The notes under the pieces are model-generated. The model saw only the letters and a program-made list of their open reading frames with translations, did no database searches and was not told where the DNA came from. The position numbers and the translations under genes are program-made. 64,000 nucleotides of DNA from Bacteroidales bacterium (GTDB lineage: Bacteria > Bacteroidota > Bacteroidia > Bacteroidales > VadinHA17). Location: NCBI GenBank assembly GCA_035297425.1, contig DATGYZ010000004.1, forward strand, positions 27,158 through 91,157, written 5' to 3'. Position 1 is the first letter of the stretch. The number at the start of each line of letters is the position of its first letter. This document shows, in pieces, positions 19,256 through 28,937 of the stretch.

Positions 19256-21400
19256 TTAGTCTTTAATACATCGTACAGAAAATCCGTGAGAACTTGAATT
19301 CCATAAAGAATTTACCTTCGTTTCTGCAGCACCCATGTAATTTGAATTCGACGAGGAAGCACTCCACCAGTAGCCATATTCTCTTAAAAAATCAAAAGTG
19401 CCATTTGGATACCGGATTCCCCCGGGAAGAGCTGTAAAACCAACGGAATTGGTAGAGGCATTCGAGCTTGACCAGTGGACTGTTCCAGATTCCTTGAGTG
19501 CTGTTCCGGCCACAGCCGATCCTCCTACAAAACTAATCAGGGTACCCCATTCTGAATCATTTGGAACATGCCAGCCGGTAGGACAAAGCTTACCTGTGTT
19601 TACTGTATACCAGTTGTAAAGAGCCCCGTAAGTATCACCATATACAGACTTGTTATTTGCGTACCAGCAATAGCCCGGGGAAGTTAGAGCATTCCAATCA
19701 GCTGAAACTGTTATTTCAGGGATATTTGTATTATCCCTGTATTTTCGAGTTCTGAGATTCTCCTTCATCCACACCTGTGTACCAATTGTTACAGTATTAT
19801 AACTATTACCGTCAGCATCGGTTACATAGGCTGCAGGGTCAAGTGTGGTGAAGCTTAATACAGCTCCATATGAAACACCGGCGTTGTTCACTGCGTATGC
19901 TCTGACATAATAAGTCGTATTTCCATTCAATCCGGTAATACTGCTGGAATAAACACCGGCGCCTGATCCGTCAGTTGTCTTCTGATCACTTATTGTTGGA
20001 TTATTATTCAGACTATAACATACTCCCCTGGCTGTGACTGCAGCCGAACAGTCCCCGCTGACATTTCCACCAGTTACTGCTGAATATGGTGATATATTGC
20101 TTATGGAGATAGTGTTAACAATGGCTGTAATCTGACCTGTTGTAAATGTTCTGTCTTCACCGTATCCAACTCCTTCAGAATTAACCGCATATGCCCTGAA
20201 ATGATAAATAGTACATGGCAGAAGGCTTGTTGCTAACCCTGTGAAGGAACCCGATAATTGTCCGTCAACAGTTTTGCTGTTGGTGACAGTGGGTGATGCT
20301 GAAGTACTCCAGCATATTCCGCTGGTAGTAATCGATGCACCACCATCCGAAACAATAACTCCACCAAGAGTAACAGAGCTGGATGTTATACTTCCAGCAT
20401 TGGAATTGGTCGAAACAACAGGCTGACCTTTTGCTGTTGTAATAGTGGTATTATTACTGTATGCTGTTCCCTGGCTGTTTGTTGCATATGCCCTGAGGTA
20501 ATATGTTTTTCCTGGTAACATTGAGCTTATAACAACATTGAACACACCTGAACCAGCTTGAGCGTGGCTGAGATGATCTCCGCTTACAACGGGATTCTGC
20601 GATGTATTCCAGCAAAAGCCCCTTTCAGTAATTGTAACCCCACCATCATCCGAAATATTAGCTTCGGCTATCAGTCCATCAGTGGTTATTGCGGTTGTAT
20701 TAGTAATTGCAATTGTAGGTAAGGAAGCTGCCGCTGTTGTAAATGACAAGTCATTGCCATATCCTGTTCCTGCACCGTTTGTCGCATACGCTCTTACGTG
20801 GTATGTTACTCCACCCTGGAGGCTGGTGAGATTGCTCGTATAAGTACCTGACCCTGTGCCATCTGTAGTTTTGGAATCACTAACTGTAGGGTTTCCGGCT
20901 GTATTCCAGCAAACACCCCTGGAAGTAATAGTTCCTCCGCCATCATCCGTTATATCTCCTCCTGACTGAGCTGTTTTCCTTGCGATCGATCCCACGGTAG
21001 CAGTCATAACAGCAGGAACAGTTATCTGGCTCGTTGTAAAGCTCTTTACAGTACCCTCAACAGTAGTAGTGCCATCACTTATATAAGCTTTATAATAATA
21101 TTTGGTGCCTGGTAGCAGATCATTAACCGGACTCTGGAATTTTCCTGTTGCGGAAGGTTTCCCCAATTCAGTTCTGAGGGTCCCGGACTGCAATCCCTGG
21201 GTTAATGAATATATATGACCATGTTGAATAGCTCCTTCTCCAAGATCAGTTATCTTCCCTGCAAGAATAGCTGTCTTTTTCCCGATACTCTCGGGATCTT
21301 CAGTGGTGACCATTATCTGTTTTTCAAGCTTCCTGCAGGAGATCGAAAGCAATACTATTATTATTGCTGCTGCAAAGCCTTTGATCCATGAGCTTGCCAT
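19256..21400 (-). CDS. Lipoprotein with five tandem ~99-aa Ig/FN3-like domains and a C-terminal FISUMP (Fibrobacter succinogenes major paralogous) domain
   Basis: Lipobox LLSISC. Repeats carry G(V/F/I)CW(N/S)T..NPT(V/I)SD.KT.DG...Y(Y/H)(V/L/F)RAYA.N. The C-terminal 195 aa read DGNSYNTVTIGTQVWMKENL...CPTGWHVPNDSEW...GFSVRCIKD. Confidence 0.8.
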   Translation of the reverse strand: MASSWIKGFAAAIIIVLLSISCRKLEKQIMVTTEDPESIGKKTAILAGKITDLGEGAIQHGHIYSLTQGLQSGTLRTELGKPSATGKFQSPVNDLLPGTKYYYKAYISDGTTTVEGTVKSFTTSQITVPAVMTATVGSIARKTAQSGGDITDDGGGTITSRGVCWNTAGNPTVSDSKTTDGTGSGTYTSNLTSLQGGVTYHVRAYATNGAGTGYGNDLSFTTAAASLPTIAITNTTAITTDGLIAEANISDDGGVTITERGFCWNTSQNPVVSGDHLSHAQAGSGVFNVVISSMLPGKTYYLRAYATNSQGTAYSNNTTITTAKGQPVVSTNSNAGSITSSSVTLGGVIVSDGGASITTSGICWSTSASPTVTNSKTVDGQLSGSFTGLATSLLPCTIYHFRAYAVNSEGVGYGEDRTFTTGQITAIVNTISISNISPYSAVTGGNVSGDCSAAVTARGVCYSLNNNPTISDQKTTDGSGAGVYSSSITGLNGNTTYYVRAYAVNNAGVSYGAVLSFTTLDPAAYVTDADGNSYNTVTIGTQVWMKENLRTRKYRDNTNIPEITVSADWNALTSPGYCWYANNKSVYGDTYGALYNWYTVNTGKLCPTGWHVPNDSEWGTLISFVGGSAVAGTALKESGTVHWSSSNASTNSVGFTALPGGIRYPNGTFDFLREYGYWWSASSSNSNYMGAAETKVNSLWNSSSHGFSVRCIKD
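19844..21310 (-). repeat. Intragenic tandem domain repeats (period ~294-300 nt, 4 clear units plus 1 divergent)
   Basis: The landmark GC(A/G)TA(T/C)GC(C/T)CT recurs at 19893, 20187, 20484 and 20784. The units are diverged at the DNA level. Confidence 0.8.
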
Positions 21401-21411
21401 AATACTTGAAT

Positions 21412-22299
21412 TTAATTTCTCAGGATGAAAATGAAATCTCCTCCCTCATCACCTACTTCCTTGATTTCGCCAAATTGTGGAACAACATTACTATTATTAA
21501 TAACTGCTATCCTGAAGCTGCTGAAGAGCTGCTCGGATGAAAGATACTTCTCACTGTTATTTTCAAGCCTGTCATTCAGATATTTCAGAAATGCACTCTG
21601 ATCAGGCACTTCGGTGAGCGTTCCGCTTGTCATCGCTTTTCTACTGGGAAGCTCATAAAGCTTGTTTACGGCAAGTTCTGCATCTGTAAATGCGGACCTG
21701 GTTTTAAATATTGATCCCCCGAAACATGCGTCTGTAATGAGCAGGGTGTGCCTGGAATGTATTTCCCTGAGATAGTCTCTAAGAGTGCTGTTCCGGAACC
21801 ATTCCAGCTTACTGTCTTTCCTTGCATTAGAAGGTAGCCAGAACCCGATTTCAGATGCCGGATCCCAGACTCCGTGCCCAGCATAAAAGATAAGGAAATT
21901 ATCAGCTTTTGTTACCACTTTTGCGAAGTAGTCAAGAGCTTCCACAATCTGGGCCATCGTTGCGTTTTTAAGAAACCTGACGTTCTCATTGTCAAAGGTA
22001 TAGCGCGAGATAAGTATGTCATTTATTTTCTGGGCATCCCTGATACAGAATTCAAGTTCATTAATGCGCGGGTCAGAATAGTTATTGATCCCGACAATCA
22101 GCGCATAATACTTTCCGGGAGTTATGACATTACTTGTCTCAGCCGGCTTCGTTGCAGTTTTTTCTTCGACAGGAAGGCTTACCGTTTCCCTCTTTCCAGT
22201 ATTATTTATATGGACGGTATATTTTCCGCTTGTGATCAGTTGAGCGTTTATTAATACAGTGACTGACAGAAGGAGCGAAATCATTACAGGTTTTTTCAT
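21412..22299 (-). CDS. Secreted caspase-family (peptidase C14) protein
   Basis: Signal peptide MKKPVMISLLLSVTVLINAQ. Then YALIVGINNYSD, His motif FYAGHG and Cys motif LITDACFGG (catalytic dyad). Confidence 0.85.
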   Translation of the reverse strand: MKKPVMISLLLSVTVLINAQLITSGKYTVHINNTGKRETVSLPVEEKTATKPAETSNVITPGKYYALIVGINNYSDPRINELEFCIRDAQKINDILISRYTFDNENVRFLKNATMAQIVEALDYFAKVVTKADNFLIFYAGHGVWDPASEIGFWLPSNARKDSKLEWFRNSTLRDYLREIHSRHTLLITDACFGGSIFKTRSAFTDAELAVNKLYELPSRKAMTSGTLTEVPDQSAFLKYLNDRLENNSEKYLSSEQLFSSFRIAVINNSNVVPQFGEIKEVGDEGGDFIFILRN

Positions 22300-22309
22300 G
22301 ATGTGTGGT

Positions 22310-23047
22310 TTAGAAATTAATCCTGTATGAGACCATTGTTAAGGGTTTATTGTCAAATGTTGAAGATGTCATGCTCAGATTCTTCAGAGGCCTGTACCTG
22401 TTTGGTACAGAGGCGACCCAGATCATGTTGGTCGTCCATATTAAAGCCCCTGAAATAATAAAAGCGCCTGCAAGATTCATTTTTTGCTGCGCCTGGGTAT
22501 ACATCTTTTCCCTGGCGACCTCGTCTTCCTTCAGCTGAAGGTATTGATCATAATCATCATTAGCGCTTTTGTTTATCATAAATCCCCCGGCAAATAGTCC
22601 ATAAGCAGTAATCCCTGTGACCCACCACGGTTTGCCGCCACTTATGCGTGTTTGCCCGAGGCCTGGAAGCAATGCTGACATTACAATTGCCCCTCCTCTG
22701 TTGAACGATTTCACATATTTTTCAGCTTTTATCTCAATTTCAACATCCTCATCTATAATTATTGAGTCTGCAGCAGGCACCCATTCAACCAACTTTCCAC
22801 TGCCTGCCTGGATTCCTTCTCCAATATCGCCTGTAAGACTCTTTGCATTTATTTTTTCGCCGGAATTCTTCTTCCCTATTTCAATCCAGACATAGTAGGG
22901 GTCTCTAGCGTCAGAATCGATGTCGTAACTGACAGAAAGTTTCCTGCTGTCAAAATCAAGCTTTACAAGTTTAATGAGTGGCTGCTGAGCGTTTATTGAT
23001 CCGGAAAGTATTAAAAAAGCCGCGATGAAAAGAAGTGTTTTTTTCAT
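22310..23047 (-). CDS. Signal-peptide protein with N-terminal beta-rich domain and C-terminal two-helix membrane module (LLPGLGQ motif)
   Basis: MKKTLLFIAAFLILSGSINAQ, ~100-aa soluble domain, SALLPGLGQTRISGG, two hydrophobic helices. It is the first gene of the caspase operon, with a 10-nt gap to the caspase gene. Confidence 0.55.
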   Translation of the reverse strand: MKKTLLFIAAFLILSGSINAQQPLIKLVKLDFDSRKLSVSYDIDSDARDPYYVWIEIGKKNSGEKINAKSLTGDIGEGIQAGSGKLVEWVPAADSIIIDEDVEIEIKAEKYVKSFNRGGAIVMSALLPGLGQTRISGGKPWWVTGITAYGLFAGGFMINKSANDDYDQYLQLKEDEVAREKMYTQAQQKMNLAGAFIISGALIWTTNMIWVASVPNRYRPLKNLSMTSSTFDNKPLTMVSYRINF

Positions 23048-23169
23048 ATTGCCCGGTTATCTTCTTCAAATATAAACAAAATATAATATGTGCAATATCA
23101 GCACCTTTGTCAGATGATTTCAGCCTGCCAAAAAGTTAGAATTGTTAATCATATTTTATTAGAAATTGC

Positions 23170-25053
23170 TTACTTTATCCCCTTACGGTCGAGAATTTTC
23201 TCAATTTCATCCATCACCTTATTCATGGATTCTATAGTTTTATCGAATGGAACATTGGTAGTCATGTCGGCACCGGCTGTCTTCAGCAGTCCTATCGGGT
23301 AATCCGAGCTTCCTGAAGAAAGAAATGTCAGGTATTTTTTCAGGGCATCCTTGTCTCCCGAAAGAACTTTTTCAGCCAGGGAAATAGATGCTGTGAAAGA
23401 CGTGCTATACTGGTAGACATAGTAACCCCTGTAGAAATGAGGAATGAATGCCCATTCCATTTCAATATTCCTGTCGATTTTACATATCCCCTTGTCATCG
23501 CCATAATATTTTCTTACAATTTCGAGATACATATTTGATAATGTCTCTCCTGTAAGAGGCATTCCTTTCCATGCTGCCTCATGAACCCTGAGCTCAAATT
23601 CAGCGAATTGAGTCTGCCTGAATAATGTGCCTTTAAACTGATCGAGCCATGTCATCAGTAATGAAAGCCTGGCATCATCATCAGTCACTTTTTTCGTCAT
23701 ATAATCAAATAAGAGCACTTCGTTGAATGTGGATGCAACTTCTGCAACAAATGTTGAATAACCAGTAAGAGGGTCAGGCTGTGTTTTTGTTGAAAAATAG
23801 CTATGCATTGTGTGACCAAGCTCATGAGCAAGAGTGCTTACATCAGAATAGAGATCATTGTAATTCAGCAGAATATAGGGATGCAGCTCTTTAGAAAGTC
23901 CTGATGAATAAGCACCAGATTGCTTCCCTTTTGTAGGATAGACATCAATCCACCTTGAATCCATTGCTTTACGCACTGTTGATACATATTCCTCACCCAT
24001 CGGTTTTAGTGCTTCCAAAACGATTTTTGCCCCGGATTCATAATCATATTTAAGATCAACATCCTTTACGGCAGGAGCATACAGGTCGTAATACTTAAGT
24101 GTATCTACACCAAGCATTCTTTTCTTTATTGCCAGGTACCTGTGAAAAGCAGGCAGGTTTTTATTAACATTCGTGATGAGTGATTGGTAAACTGCTACAG
24201 GGATATTGAACCTGTCTGTGGCAGCTTCGAGAGTTGAGTTATAATATCTTGACCTTGCATTAAAAATCTGGCGTTTTACATTGCCGTAGAACATTTCACC
24301 GTAAGTTCCCTTGTAGTTTTCCCAGTTATTCCAGAACGCTTCAAAGACTTTTTTCCTGTCCTCTCGGTCAGGCAGTGCCCTGTATAAATTATATTGTGCC
24401 TGGGTGATCTTGATTTTCTGACCGTTTGACAAGGTAACTTCAGGAACGGGCATTTCTGCGTTTGAAAATGTATTGTACACTGAAGATGATGTACCTGAGA
24501 CAAGGCTGCTGAGAGACAAAATTCTTTCTTCAGGCTCGCTCAGCGAGTGTTTTTTCATCCTGAAAAGATCTTCAAGGCCCATCCTGTAAGGAGCAAGCCC
24601 TGGTTCAGATTTAATAAAACCGTCAATAAGGCTCCAGTCGGCTTTCAGGATCTCAGGATCAGCGAATGATGTTTTTTCTCCAAACTCAGTGAAAACTGTT
24701 TCGAGCTGTTGTTCCATGCCGGCAAATTTCATATTCCTCGTATCAAGATTGGCATTAAATCCTGAATAAGCAGAAAGTCTAATGGCCTGTTTGTTAATTT
24801 CTGTGTTAAGTTTCAGGAAATTCAGTAAATCGGAGGATGAACGGGTAAGTGTTCCTTTGTATTTCTCCAATTCAGGTATTCTTGCTTGCAGCGCCTTGAG
24901 AGCAGAATTCCATTCATCATCAGAGCTGAATAATATTGAAAGATCCCATTTATACCTGTCAGATATCTCTTCTCTTGATTTCTGGCTGTAGGAGGTGGTT
25001 CCTGTTAAAAATAAAGAAGCAACAATAAAAAAAATAATAGGGGTCGTTTTCAT
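23170..25053 (-). CDS. pepF: M3-family oligoendopeptidase F-like metallopeptidase with signal peptide
   Basis: 627 aa; HELGHTMH zinc motif and a downstream FVAEVASTFNE. Confidence 0.8.
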   Translation of the reverse strand: MKTTPIIFFIVASLFLTGTTSYSQKSREEISDRYKWDLSILFSSDDEWNSALKALQARIPELEKYKGTLTRSSSDLLNFLKLNTEINKQAIRLSAYSGFNANLDTRNMKFAGMEQQLETVFTEFGEKTSFADPEILKADWSLIDGFIKSEPGLAPYRMGLEDLFRMKKHSLSEPEERILSLSSLVSGTSSSVYNTFSNAEMPVPEVTLSNGQKIKITQAQYNLYRALPDREDRKKVFEAFWNNWENYKGTYGEMFYGNVKRQIFNARSRYYNSTLEAATDRFNIPVAVYQSLITNVNKNLPAFHRYLAIKKRMLGVDTLKYYDLYAPAVKDVDLKYDYESGAKIVLEALKPMGEEYVSTVRKAMDSRWIDVYPTKGKQSGAYSSGLSKELHPYILLNYNDLYSDVSTLAHELGHTMHSYFSTKTQPDPLTGYSTFVAEVASTFNEVLLFDYMTKKVTDDDARLSLLMTWLDQFKGTLFRQTQFAEFELRVHEAAWKGMPLTGETLSNMYLEIVRKYYGDDKGICKIDRNIEMEWAFIPHFYRGYYVYQYSTSFTASISLAEKVLSGDKDALKKYLTFLSSGSSDYPIGLLKTAGADMTTNVPFDKTIESMNKVMDEIEKILDRKGIK

Positions 25054-25127
25054 AGGTTTGTTTATTTCTGGTGTACAAAATTAATTCTTTTGTAAAATAT
25101 AAGAGGATTGTAATATATGCTTAGACT

Positions 25128-25673
25128 TCAACTTTCATTTATGAGATAAAGCCTGTTATCTTCCACCCTGTACATTAGGGGGGTGACTGAAACTGAAGGA
25201 TACCTGTTTCTTAATCTTTTGGTTTCACTTACTGTAAAATCCATTTCATTACCTATCTCGAACATTGGAGCATAATGCATGAAATGCTCTTCAGCTTTAT
25301 CCCTCTCCCATCCTGCAAGTTTGACAAGCCCATCAATAAACTCATTCCTGCGGGCGAAGAGGTTTACCATTCCGCAGTTATTATGTCCGATGAGTGCTAT
25401 ATGTGAAACTTTGCCTACACCGATGGCATATGATACCTTGAATTCACTATATCTCAGGTTTGCGCCACCGGCCCTTATTATGAACGCAAAGTTGTCAGGT
25501 ATTGTGAGATATTTACGATTATCCATGCACATGCCAATAAGCAGCTGTGCCGAACTGAAACTATCGAATTTTCTGCCTAGGTTATGATATTCCAGGAGCA
25601 ATCCAGTTGGATTATCCCTGAGTTCCGGATCAATATCAGCCAGAGAATTGACAGGTTTCAGGTTGATCATCAA
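25128..25673 (-). CDS. Beta-class carbonic-anhydrase-like protein
   Basis: CMDNR (CxDxR) and GHNNCGM (HxxC) zinc-ligand motifs with the spacing expected for beta-CA. The assignment is from motifs only. Confidence 0.5.
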   Translation of the reverse strand: MMINLKPVNSLADIDPELRDNPTGLLLEYHNLGRKFDSFSSAQLLIGMCMDNRKYLTIPDNFAFIIRAGGANLRYSEFKVSYAIGVGKVSHIALIGHNNCGMVNLFARRNEFIDGLVKLAGWERDKAEEHFMHYAPMFEIGNEMDFTVSETKRLRNRYPSVSVTPLMYRVEDNRLYLINES

Positions 25674-25806
25674 AGTTTATTTTCTGTAAATATATCAGTT
25701 CTTTCATTCAATAAAGTAAGGTACAGCTGGAATTTAACATGTTAATAAAGGAAAACATATCTACCACAAAGACAGATATTTAACAAATACCTGGAACATT
25801 AATAAA

Positions 25807-26568
25807 TTACTCCTTCATGTAGTTTATTGTCGGGGCTAAAGCTTCATAAGGTATATCCTGGGTTATGGAAAGCTGTGCCTGTACAGGAAACCTTGAGGTT
25901 ACATAAGGCATCCCTTTTTGAAGTCCATCATAACCTTCCTTTGCAACTTCTGCAAGATCTTTTTGATTGTTTTTAAATGCACGTACATTATTTATAAGGT
26001 CATTATCGTCGGATCCGGTTAAAACAGTAAGCAGGATTTCAGTATTACGAATCTCTGATACCACGGCTTCACTGAATGACAGTATGAAAGCCTTGCATGC
26101 CGCAAACAACGAAGATACAGGAGGTGGATGGCTGGAAGCTATTGATGCAAGATTAAGGATTCTTCCTTTACCTGCCCTCAGCATATCAATCAGGTATAGC
26201 TTCGTAAGCTGAACTGTTGATACCATGTTCAGCTGCATGATCGAATCGTCAATGTCAGTTTCATCCTCTCTGAAGTAAGCAAATTCTCCGAATCCTCCAT
26301 CATTAACAAGGGTAGTAACATTAATGCTGTCTTCTTTTGTGCGGTCATGCAATTGCCTGGCTGCACCGGGAACTGATAAATCTTTTAATATTACATTAAC
26401 CCTTGGCGATCCCAGCTGCCGGAACTCTGCTGCAACCTGGTGAAGCCTGTACTCATTTCTAGAAACAATCACAAGGTTAACCTTATCAGCTGCAAAAAGT
26501 TTTGCAAGTTCATAGCTTATGCCACTTGTTGCACCTGTAATCAGAGCTGTTTCATTAGTAAATGACAT
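25807..26568 (-). CDS. Atypical short-chain dehydrogenase/reductase (degenerate catalytic motifs)
   Basis: TGATSGIS cofactor motif; NDGG in place of NNAG; FAACK in place of YxxxK. The start at MSFTNETALITG is preferred over the track start 26601. Confidence 0.7.
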   Translation of the reverse strand: MSFTNETALITGATSGISYELAKLFAADKVNLVIVSRNEYRLHQVAAEFRQLGSPRVNVILKDLSVPGAARQLHDRTKEDSINVTTLVNDGGFGEFAYFREDETDIDDSIMQLNMVSTVQLTKLYLIDMLRAGKGRILNLASIASSHPPPVSSLFAACKAFILSFSEAVVSEIRNTEILLTVLTGSDDNDLINNVRAFKNNQKDLAEVAKEGYDGLQKGMPYVTSRFPVQAQLSITQDIPYEALAPTINYMKE

Positions 26569-26677
26569 AATAATTATGTTACAGTTATTAATTATTAACA
26601 CAGCATATAATCAATAGTTGCATAACTTTGGCCTGTAATTGATCAAGCATACAATAATTGTACTCAAGGATAATCAG

Positions 26678-27316
26678 ATGTCAGAAAATAGATTATTACA
26701 GTCAGCATTAATACTGGCGATTATAACAGTAGGGTACAACCTGGCCGAAGGTATTGTATCTGTATTCTTTGGAATAAACGATGACACCCTGGCTCTTCTG
26801 GGATTTGGGATTGACAGTTTTGTAGAAGTTTTATCAGGAGCAGGAATAATACATATGATCTTCAGGATGAAGAAATCAGGACAGAACCTTACAAACAGGG
26901 ATCAATTCGAGAAACTGGCCTTAAAAATAACAGGGACATCTTTCTACATCCTTGCTGCAGGCCTGGTGGCTGGTGCGGTAATTAATATTATCAGGGGCAC
27001 AAAACCTCAAACTGCAATTGTGGGTATAATTGTATCTGCAGTTTCCATCCTTACAATGTATATTCTAATGAAAATGAAGCTTAAAATCGGCGGGCGGCTG
27101 AACTCAGATGCCATTATTGCCGATGCACACTGCACCAGGGCTTGTCTTTATCTTTCATTTGTCCTGCTTGCATCAAGCGGTATGTATGAGCTTTTAGGAG
27201 TATCGTGGTTTGACATAGCAGGATCATTGGGAATAGCCTGGTTTGCATTTTCTGAAGGGAAAGAGGCATTTGAAAAAGCTTACAGCGAAAAAATTGACTG
27301 TGGGTGTCATGAATAA
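26678..27316 (+). CDS. Cation-efflux-like membrane protein (CDF transmembrane domain only)
   Basis: About 5-6 TM helices; YNLAEGIVSVFFGINDDTLALLGFGIDSFVEV resembles CDF TM1-2; C-terminal DCGCHE. The ATG at 26678 is preferred over the TTG at 26639. Confidence 0.5.
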   Translation: MSENRLLQSALILAIITVGYNLAEGIVSVFFGINDDTLALLGFGIDSFVEVLSGAGIIHMIFRMKKSGQNLTNRDQFEKLALKITGTSFYILAAGLVAGAVINIIRGTKPQTAIVGIIVSAVSILTMYILMKMKLKIGGRLNSDAIIADAHCTRACLYLSFVLLASSGMYELLGVSWFDIAGSLGIAWFAFSEGKEAFEKAYSEKIDCGCHE

Positions 27317-28168
27317 TTATTTGATATTATAATCCAGCTGAAGTGATTTTTCGTGAACCATTCCAGCTTTTTTGATCAACTTCTCCTCTCCCATTCTTAA
27401 TGCATATTCACGGAATGATGGTTTGGGACCTTTCCATCTTAGTTCATCTACATTTCTGAACAACGCTGCATCTTTGCGAAGGGTTGCGAGATTTTTGAAA
27501 AGCAAAGCATTGCTGATGTTTTCCTGAAGAATATCAGTGGGGAATGATTCTATCGGACCGTACATATTAAGCAACCTTGCGGCCCCCTTGCTTCCAATAC
27601 CTGGTATACCAGGATATCCGTCAGCGTTGTCTCCGGTAAGCGCAAGCAGGTCAGGGATCAGAATCGGATCAACCCCGAATTTTTTCCTGATCTCAGTTGC
27701 ATTCCTGATGATTTTCGCCCTTCTGTCAACCTGAACTATAAAATCATCTTTTACACATTGGGCAAGATCCTTATCAGGAGTCCAGATACAAATCTTTTCC
27801 ACCCTTTCATCATGAGATGCTATGAATGCAGCAGACGCAAGGGCATCATCCGCCTCAAGTGCAACCATTGGCCAAACGACAATGCCCATTGAATCAAGAG
27901 CTTCCTCAAGTGGATGGAATTGAGAGAGCAGTGCAGGATCAATTCCGGCTCCGGTTTTATATCCAGGCCAAAGATCATTCCTGAAGGATTCAATGACATG
28001 ATCAGTTGCAACACCTACATGAGTTGCACCTTCGTCGATCATTTGCAAGATACTGTTAAGGACGCCGTTGACAGCGCCAAATTGCCGGTCTTTTCCTTTG
28101 TTAAAACGCCTCAATCCATAAAAGTGCCTGAACAATTCAAAGGTGCCGTCTATAAGGTGAACCATCAT
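27317..28168 (-). CDS. Stand-alone 5'-3' exonuclease / flap endonuclease (PIN-like plus H3TH)
   Basis: HLIDGTFELFRHFYG, EADDALAS, LTGDNADGYPGIPGIGSKGAARLL. Confidence 0.8.
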   Translation of the reverse strand: MMVHLIDGTFELFRHFYGLRRFNKGKDRQFGAVNGVLNSILQMIDEGATHVGVATDHVIESFRNDLWPGYKTGAGIDPALLSQFHPLEEALDSMGIVVWPMVALEADDALASAAFIASHDERVEKICIWTPDKDLAQCVKDDFIVQVDRRAKIIRNATEIRKKFGVDPILIPDLLALTGDNADGYPGIPGIGSKGAARLLNMYGPIESFPTDILQENISNALLFKNLATLRKDAALFRNVDELRWKGPKPSFREYALRMGEEKLIKKAGMVHEKSLQLDYNIK

Positions 28169-28300
28169 ATTTTCAATGTTTTATCCAAATTTGTATTTAT
28201 ACAACAATTGTTTGTCTTCATAATAACGACTATCTTTAATAAATACCAGCCGGAACAGAAATAACATTTTATTTGTTTATGAGTTCATAAATGATAATTA

Positions 28301-28930
28301 ATGGATAGCATCCTCCAGATCTATAAAGATCCTTCCCTGCTGATTGAGTTTGGTGGAGTGGTACTGATATTAATAGTCATCTACCTTGAAACAGGTTTTT
28401 TTCTCGGTCTTGTGCTTCCAGGAGGAGATTACCTCGTATTTACAGCCGGTTTATTATGCGGAACACATTACATCGATATTTCCTTTGTGCCTATGTTATT
28501 ACTCATGATGGGGGCAGCTATCCTGGGAGATTTTACTGGTTATTTAAAAGGCAGGTGGCTGGGACCTAAACTGTTCAGCAAACCTGATTCAAGATTTTTT
28601 AAAAGGGAATATCTTGATAAAACCCGAAAATATTATGAACACTATGGAGTTTGGAGCTTTATTCTTGGCAGGTTTCTTCCTGTAATCCGAACACTTGTTC
28701 CAATCCTTGCCGGTGCATCAGGAATAAGAGTAATTAAATTCAGTTATTTCAATATTTCGGGAGCAGTTTGCTGGATAGGTCTCCTTACGTCACTTGGATA
28801 TTTCCTGGGAGAGAGATTTCCTAACCTTTTAAATTACAGTTTTTTATTTTTAATCGGATTCATAATTTTAGTCTCTCTTCCGGTTATAAAAATGATGAAT
28901 CCTTTTAAGAAGAATAAAACCTTAAACTAA
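28301..28930 (+). CDS. DedA-family membrane protein
   Basis: 209 aa; ETGFFLGLVLPGGDYLVFTAG and GRFLPVIRTLVPILAG motifs. Confidence 0.8.
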   Translation: MDSILQIYKDPSLLIEFGGVVLILIVIYLETGFFLGLVLPGGDYLVFTAGLLCGTHYIDISFVPMLLLMMGAAILGDFTGYLKGRWLGPKLFSKPDSRFFKREYLDKTRKYYEHYGVWSFILGRFLPVIRTLVPILAGASGIRVIKFSYFNISGAVCWIGLLTSLGYFLGERFPNLLNYSFLFLIGFIILVSLPVIKMMNPFKKNKTLN

Positions 28931-28937
28931 CCGATAT

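Noticed and set aside
19259-19843. FISUMP/C-type-lectin-like C-terminus as a diversity-generating retroelement (DGR) variable region.
   Set aside because: There is no reverse transcriptase gene and no template-repeat copy of the 3' end anywhere in the window.
28169-28300. yybP-ykoY (Mn2+) riboswitch upstream of the DedA-TerC pair.
   Set aside because: The region is AT-rich, with no four-way-junction-like pairing and no conserved GGGGAGUAG-type core.
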